DNA from: Lama guanicoe
Taxonomy: Eukaryota
Assembly (NCBI GenBank): GCA_013239625.1
Contig: MU053557.1
Span: forward strand, 3,068,123 to 3,132,122
Direction of reading: 5' to 3'
DNA: 64,000 nucleotides
The notes below the pieces were generated by a model. That model made no database searches. It was not told where the DNA came from and saw only the letters and a list, made by a program, of their open reading frames with translations. The position numbers were made by a program, and so were the translations under genes. Below, in pieces: positions 56,869-64,000 of this stretch (its first letter is position 1; each line of letters begins with the position of its first letter).

Positions 56869-57479
56869 GGACAACTCAATTTCACAAACAGTAGAGAGAC
56901 TTCAAATCTACAGTGTATTAGGCGCAGAATTCCGGGCACGACCCACGTGTCCTCGCTCCCAGTCTAGGGCTCTTTATTCATACAGCCTCTTTAAAAATAA
57001 AACTTGACTTCCCCCTGCCCCCGCCCCCGCTGCTTTCCCTTGATGCGTTATTTTGTTGGGCATCACTGCGGGACAACCTGAACTCTCAGACAAAAAACAA
57101 AAAACAAAAAACCAAAAACAAAAAAAAACTACTAATGATATTTAGGAAAAACAAGGAGAAAAAAGAACTCTTTCTTGGCAAAGAAATAAATATATGTATC
57201 CGTATTCGGGTCCGCTTTGTATTAACAACGTCTGTCTCTTTAAAAAAAAAAAAAGGATCCCGTCAGAAGTGCCTGGAAAGTTGGCACTTCGGCTAGCTCT
57301 AGGCTGCAGCAACTTAAAATGCTGCCGACAGACAAAGATTGCCCACGTAGAATTTACCAGAGCGTAAGCTCTTCACCACCGAGGTGAAAACTTTCTGAGG
57401 CTTAACTACAAATTTACAACCAGACACTAACCTTTTCCTGTCAGGTTCTGGCCGCTGGAGGGTTGCTGGTTTAAGACTA

Positions 57480-57800
57480 TTCGAGGATACAATAATTGAG
57501 CTTTTAACTGCGTGTGCCCGGTTGCCGGGTGCGCACAAGAACTGACGGACGAAGCTTCCAGAAGCTTGGGGGGAGGCGCAGGGCACGCCGCGCGGCTGGG
57601 CGGGGCTTGACTTCTCTGTGGCCCTCCTCTCTCGCAGGGCACGCGCACGTCACGGACTTCAACGTCGCCACCACGCTGCCCGCGGACGTGCGCATCACCG
57701 CCGTGGCCGGCACCAAGCCGTACATGGGTAGGCGCCCCTCCCCCCAGCCCCCACCCCGAGCCGCTGTCGTGACCCGGCGCTGGGGTTTGCTTTTCATTGC
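57480..57800. promoter_or_regulatory. Intragenic CpG island core over the activation-loop exon, with a CpG-enriched shoulder from about 56640
   Basis: The exon alone has 15 CpG in 90 nt and about 71% GC (hand count). The flanking intron is also CpG-rich (gggcacgccgcgcggctgggcggggc), while the rest of the window is AT-rich and CpG-depleted. Confidence 0.75.
57638..57727 (+). CDS. STK32A: STK32A coding exon (90 nt): (G)HAHVTDFNVATTLPADVRITAVAGTKPYM, DFN motif and activation segment
   Basis: Acceptor ctctctcgcag ends at 57637; donor G|gtaggc at 57728. Carries TDFN and AGTKPYM, typical of the STK32 family. Phase 1-1. Confidence 0.93.
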
Positions 57801-60473
57801 TGTGGGCACTGTGATAACGGGTCTGGTCATCTGCAGGGACCTGCAGCTAGAAATAAGGCCCCCTCTGACTTTACCTGCGCAGCTTCTGGTTTCCCAGGTC
57901 TCACGTGAGCCTTGGGAGTCGCCTTTTAGCCAAGCACCCAGTCTGATCTTGACTCGGGAGGGCCCTGGGTTACATGTGAAAACACTATTCTATGAGTTAT
58001 TTAGGACTCATCAGGAAGGACTCCCTCCTTCCTGATGAAGAATATTAGTAATTAATTCAGTAAATACCTACTGCTTGCTTCTGTGTGCTCAGCACTGTTT
58101 CAGGTGTTGGTGATCTTACAGGGAGCAAAACAGACTGGGGCTCCAGCCTAAGGAGCTGACTTTCTAAATAAAACGAGTTTAGCAAAATGGAATCAAACAG
58201 AGAGGATGCAGCAATAAGAAAGATGGTAATAAGTGACAGTATTATCATAACCGTGATTTACATAATACTGCATAATATGCACAGGGCTATATAAAGTTCG
58301 CAAAGTGCCTTCCAGTTACAATGTTGGTTTTAGGTTTATCACAACAATCCTATGAATTATCCTTTTTAAAGAAGAGGACCTGGACTTTGCTTGAAGATTT
58401 GAAACTTATCCAAAGGGTGACTGAAAGGTAGCATTAGGTGCCCAAATTGTCAAGTAGGTCTCACAATTGTGTTAACAGTCACAAAGTAATACAAATTCTA
58501 AGTTCTGTTGTTGAAGGCGGCCAACTCTGAGTAGACATCATTGTAGCAGAACTAGCCCTACCTCCCATCCACCCCAGGGATATAAAGGGAGAAGCCTTGC
58601 CCTTTGGGGGCACCGGGTACCTCCCCTCCCCCCCGGCTGTTCCTAAGGCAGGTAAGTCAGAGCTCAAGAGAATTCTCTGTCGAGTCTGGGCGTGGCTGTG
58701 AGGAGAAGCACCTGGGGTTCCATTCTTTCGTCACTTTGCTTGCTGACTGCTCCCTGGGCTCACAGAGCCGGAGTTGGCCACAGTGGGTTGGTAGTTTGGA
58801 GTCAGGTCTTGCTGGGGACCATGGCAGTAGCGGGCAGAGATATGCAGCAGTGCGTGGGAGTGTCGGGAAGCTGGAGGGAGGCGGATTAGCCAGAGGGTGT
58901 GGTCCAGCTTCCTAGCGGGCCCTCCACTGCCTAGGGGTGTGCAGCCTGGAAGTGGAGGGAGGGAGGCTCCCGTCAGCGTGACCTAATGGCGACACCACCA
59001 GTCCTAAGAGAACCCAGCTGTATCAGACTCTCTGGAGGTGACACCCGAACATAGGGGTGGTTTGAAAGCTCTATACATATGCAGGCAGGGGTGAGCCTTG
59101 TCCACAGACCATGAACTTTGAGCTATCAGAAGCCACTAGAGAGAGATCATCCCGGGGACCAAGCAGGTTACCTGTGTTAGGATTCCTCTGCCTCTTCTAT
59201 TCCCTTTCCACAATCTAAATCAAACAGTGCTCTCCCTGAGATGGAGGAGGAGGAGGTGTGAGAGCCACTTCAGCCGTCCATCCCGACACCAGGGTGGCTG
59301 AATCCAGCCTGGCGGGGTGGGTAAGCTTTGACTCAGATATGAGACTCATTTTAATATTTCACAGGGCTGAATTTTAAAATATGTAAATGTTTTAATACGC
59401 AAAAGGGATTCAACTGTATTAGGCAACAGAATGAGTTATTATTAAAGGAGCCCTGTCCGTACCCAGCAAAAACGGGCAGCTAAACACTGCATAGTTGTTA
59501 GCGGATGACAGAAAAGTCAAAACTGTTCAGGCTTCTTACCCTAATTAGTTGAGATGCTTTAAAGTGGGAGATGTTGCTGGTTAAACCGGTGGAATTAACT
59601 CTGGGGTGGAACGAATTGCTAGCTATGGCATGCCATTTGCAGCCAAAGTATTTGAGCTTGAAGTTAAGGATAAGAGCAATGCCACTTCCTTTTAATATGT
59701 GGCTGTCTTCCTCGTGGAACTAAAGAGAGAAAGGAAAAGAGAACCCCACCATGCCGGGCCACCTCACTTCCCCAGAGAAGATTTCTTTCTCTGGGGAAAA
59801 ATGAGCCTTATTTTATATGGTATTTGAACAACTGCAAATGTCCTGGCTTCCAATTATCAGTGGGAGGGAAAAGTCTCTTTTGTTACTTCAGAAATAATGG
59901 GCACATATAATTCAGCCCATTTTTCTGCCTAAAACCCACGGTGCTCAGCTGATAAAAAGGAATCTCTGAGCCTGCTGGTCTGATGAGTTGATTCCCCAGG
60001 TTTCCTGGGTTTCCACATTAAGGGCTATTTTCTTGGAGCCAAATCAGAAAATGTGCATCTGGGTTTTCTAGGCCTGGTTTCCATGGTGAGAGGAGTAAAG
60101 GAAGACCATCTTTCTTTTCTCTCAACAGTGATTTTAAATACAATATCTGTATAATTTAATTCTCCTCAAAATTGTCATTTCCAGCCTTTTCACAACATAG
60201 AGCTGGGAAATTGGAATCCAGTCAAGGTTCCCTGCACCTCTCCACCTTCACCCTTATAATAACAATGACTAATATTTATTGAAAGCCTTCTAGGGACCAG
60301 ACAACATGTTAAGTGTTTTACGTTCATTCACTCATTTATTTTTTCTCAATAAGCCTGCGAGGCAGACTATAATTATCACCATTTTAGAACGAGGAAATAA
60401 GAAGCAAAGCAATTTGCCCAAGATTACATGGCTAATAATGGAAAAAGCCTAGATTTAAAGCAAGCTCTTTCTG

Positions 60474-60569
60474 GGCAGTGAGGTGGGGTATAGCTTAGTG
60501 GTAGAGCATGAGAGGTCCTGGGTTCAATCCCTAGCACCTCTATTAAAAAACTTAAATAAAAAAAAAAAG
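60474..60569 (+). mobile_element. Internally deleted Vic-1-like SINE inserted in a MIR
   Basis: Perfect 16-bp TSD aagcaagctctttctg at 60458-60473 and 60570-60585; A-box and B-box-like parts present. Confidence 0.88.
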
Positions 60570-61406
60570 AAGCAAGCTCTTTCTGACTTTAGAACTCCCT
60601 GACAGAGAGAGAGAGAGATTTAAAAAAAAAATTATTTGTGGTTCTTAAATGGTTGTAAGCTGATGTAGGCAGGCCAAGCTATTAGAAATGTTTCTTCTTT
60701 AATTAAACAAACATATAGCTGAGTGTCAACACTTATCTCTTTATCCAGAAGTTGTCCTTGCCTTTGATTTTTGGATGGGAGGCTCTCTAAGAGAGATCAT
60801 GGATGGAAAGTCTGCTTTCTCTTCTTAAAAATTATGGACCCAATAACTTGGTAAAATCTAACAGACATTCCCAGCACCCATTTTATCGTGTTCCCATAGA
60901 ATATAATTAGCAATTAACCAGAAAGGAATAGAGATTCTAAAAAGAAAGAAAACTAGGATGAAGTATGGAACGAAGATCACAGGAACATCAACATCTTCTA
61001 ATGTAAGATGCTGAGCACCTTATGCTGCAGTCCCTAGGCCCTGGCCGGGAGATGAACTGTCCACCAGCTCTTAAGCACCTGCCGCCCAACAAGGAAGTTT
61101 TGCTTTTTTTAATTCATAATCCTCTACCTCCACGCTCTTTCCAAACACTCCAGTCCTTCCTTCTCCCTACCCCTGGTCTGTCTGAATATTATCCACATCG
61201 CTCAGAGCGTAACCAATGAAAACATTTTTCTCCAAATTAGAAACCAAACCTAACAAATACATATACTAGGACAAATGTGTAAAATGCTCACTAAGCGAAG
61301 GGGAAAGTCATCTCTCTACTTGTAGATATTTATGGTTTCCTGGAAGAGCTTTATTCTATACACACAAAAACACATATACATTTTTTAGAAGTCAGATTAT
61401 ACTGGA

Positions 61407-61547
61407 TTTTTTTGTTGTTGTTGTTGTTGGGAGGAGGTAATTAGGCTTATTTATTTATTTATTCTTAGAGGAGGTACTGTGGATTGAACCCAGGACCTCA
61501 TGCATGCTAAGCATGCACTCTACCACTTGAGCTATACCCTGCCCCCC
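61407..61547 (-). mobile_element. Vic-1-like SINE
   Basis: Reverse-complement head; flanking tatactggatttt / tatactgtatttt. Confidence 0.9.
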
Positions 61548-61616
61548 ACCTATACTGTATTTTGGCAACCTAAATTTTCACTTTATAATGTAATAATAAC
61601 AATAAGAATAGGCATC

Positions 61617-61744
61617 GGGGGGGAGGGGATAGCTCAGTGGTAGACTGTGTGCTTAGCGTGCACGAGGTCCTGGGTTTAATCCCCAATGTCTTCATTACAT
61701 AAATAAATAAGCCTAATTACCCCCCCAAAAAAGCCAAAAATAAA
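61617..61744 (+). mobile_element. Vic-1-like SINE
   Basis: tRNA-Ala head. TSD aataagaataggcatc (61601-61616) / aataataataggcatc (61745-61760). Confidence 0.9.
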
Positions 61745-62234
61745 AATAATAATAGGCATCATTCAGTGAGCATCTGCTGTCCCAAGCACTTTGCTAAGTT
61801 TTTAATAAATTTAATAAATTCTCAGAGCAACCCTATGAAATAGGTTTTACTATTATTCTATTATTCATAGATTAAAAAACAAGCAGGCCTACAGGGAAAG
61901 TGACACGGTCACAATCACACAGCAAGCAACTGGTAGAGCACGAAGTTAAATCCAAATGTAAAAACATCTCAAGTCTGGAACTTTGATAGTGGGTGATGAC
62001 AATGGCTCAGGGCGCATAATGGCAACATTCACTGAGCTCTTCCTGTGGGCCAAGCACTGCTCTGAGTACACGTGTTACATTGTTTAAGCTAAAGGCCCTT
62101 CTGTGAGGCAGGTCAGAGTCTAATTCTCATCACTCCGCTGTGCTGCCTCTCTGCCTCCTGTCAATTAGCATGTCTCAGCCAGAACCCAAACCGCTTCTCT
62201 CTGACACCAGAGCCCGGGTCTTGACAACGGACAC

Positions 62235-63345
62235 TACTTATTTTTCCAGGCCCACATATTAACTATCATTTTGAATGATCACATGCTCCCAAGTTAGAAG
62301 GCTGCATTAAAATCTATTGAACCAATTCTTGATTGTTGAATGTTAGGTTGTTTCTCACTTTGAAATATAAATAAATTTGAAATAAAAAATCCTGTTAGCA
62401 GAAATGTGCACTGCAACTTGTTTCCTGTGATAAATCCTCAGTGGTCAAAGGGAATGTATACATTGATGCATTTCCCTCCTGCAAGTTTGCAAGGATTTTT
62501 ACTCATTTGGTCTGGAAGTGTCTGAGGATGTCCACTTCCTTGCATTCTCACCAGGGCTGCACTGTCAATTATATCTCAATCTTCCCAAAAAGATAAGTGA
62601 AGGTGGTACCTCATTACGACATGAAAATTGTATTTTTTCAGTTCTTTTGTAAATTGCCTGTTCCTGTTCTTTCCCCATTTTTCTATTGGGGTCTTCATAC
62701 ACTTTTCCTATTTCTTATTGATTACATAAATAATTCTTGTCCTTTAGATATAAAGGATATTAAATTCTAATGTATCATATATGTTGTGTAAATATGATTT
62801 CCTACTTTTTAGTTGATGTTGTTCTTTTTTTTGGCATTTTTGACATGAAGAACTATGTTCCTAACATCAAACCATTAGTCTTTTTACTTTATAGTTTCTA
62901 CCTTTGATGCTACTCTTAGCAAGACCTTCTTACCTCCAGATTTTAGATATGTGACCTATATTCTTATTGTTACAGTTTAATTTTTCTTAATCCAGCTATT
63001 AATATTATCTTGACTGAAGATATGTGGTAAGGATCTGATTTCATTGTTGTTACAGTATCAAACAATTATTTTGCGACCATGTGTCAAGTAAGGTCCTTAA
63101 CATGCTGATTTGAAATATGTTCTTCATAAACCAAGTATTTTTATGAACTAGTATCTATATTATGTGGCTTTCCAATCTTAATTTATTATAGCTTTATAAT
63201 AGAGTTTAAAAAATGGAATGCAAGTCCTTTATTATTTTGAAGAAATCCTTTCTCATTCATACATTTTTATGGATGAAATTTAGAATCACTTTTGTAAATT
63301 CCAGGAATTATTTCCATTGTATTACATTTCTCTATTAGTTTTTGG
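62235..63345 (-). mobile_element. Ancient degraded LINE-1
   Basis: Antisense motifs ttaggttgtttctcactt, ggtggtacctcatt, tttagaatcact. Confidence 0.65.
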
Positions 63346-63404
63346 ACCCTTTTTTTTTTATGTCCTGACCAGAGTCTACCGTCCAGTTGTTTTAAAATCT
63401 GAAA

Positions 63405-63940
63405 ACCAAATGATGGAAATCTAAATAGCTAAGAAACATATTAAAATGTGGGCAAGCTTATCAGCAATCAGGAGAATGCTAATTTAAACACAAGAGATCA
63501 TTACGTCACTAGACTAGCAAGTCTAAAGGTTGGTTAATACCAAGTAGGGATAAGGAGGTGGAGCAAAACCAAGTCCCACGCATTGCTGGTCACAGTGTTA
63601 ATTGGTGCAACCACCTCAGTAAATCACTGGGCATTATCTAGTATGTATGGACATGCACAGCCCATCCCCTGTGTTCCCCCTCCCAGAAATGTACCCTACA
63701 GAGGTGTGGGCTAGAGAGGTCTTACACATGCAGAAATGTTCGTGAGAATGTGGTTCAAAATTCTCCAAACTGAAAATTACTTAAGTGGCTATTAACAGTG
63801 GGAAAAGTAGGTAAATTACAGTGTATTCCTGTAACTTTGAATGTGAACCAACGATGTACAGTGAGTTAGATAGATTTTTATACACATAATGCTGAACAAG
63901 AAAAGCAAGACACTAAAGAAAACAAGGAGTGAGATTTCAC
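63405..63940 (+). mobile_element. Ancient LINE-1 (L1ME-like) ORF2 end/3' region
   Basis: gcaatcaggagaatgctaattt...cattgctggtcacagtgttaattggtgcaaccac...ataatgctgaacaagaaaagcaagacac. Confidence 0.65.
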
Positions 63941-64000
63941 ACACACATACCCATGTTATATACATAAATACATGTACATATATGTTACATACACATCTAT

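Noticed and set aside
57655..57663. DFN instead of DFG, suggesting a pseudokinase
   Set aside because: DFN is the normal motif in the STK32/YANK family, and the Lys, Glu and HRD residues are intact.
57514..58035. 173-aa ORF containing kinase motifs
   Set aside because: Only 57638-57727 is kinase-like and bounded by splice sites. The rest is stop-poor GC-rich intron read-through.

Overview
Mammalian genomic DNA: the interior of one large + strand gene, the AGC-related Ser/Thr kinase STK32A (YANK1). Five coding exons (2424-2479, 3541-3692, 28174-28347, 48771-48808, 57638-57727; 510 nt in total) have GT-AG boundaries and splice in frame. They run from the Gly-rich loop through the catalytic Lys and HRD to the DFN/activation segment. 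The start codon and the 3' exons lie outside the window. The rest (>99%) is intron, dense in L1, L2, MIR, MaLR/ERV LTRs, hAT fossils and six tRNA-Ala-derived SINEs of the camelid Vic-1 type, which suggests a camel, alpaca or llama genome. I found no evidence of a new multi-gene system. The most unusual signal is the activation-loop exon: it sits in an isolated intragenic CpG island, has G/C at every third codon position, and appears to hold most of the protein's amino-acid changes. That pattern fits GC-biased gene conversion or a lineage-specific internal promoter. Repeat subfamily names and orthologue comparisons come from memory, not from a search.
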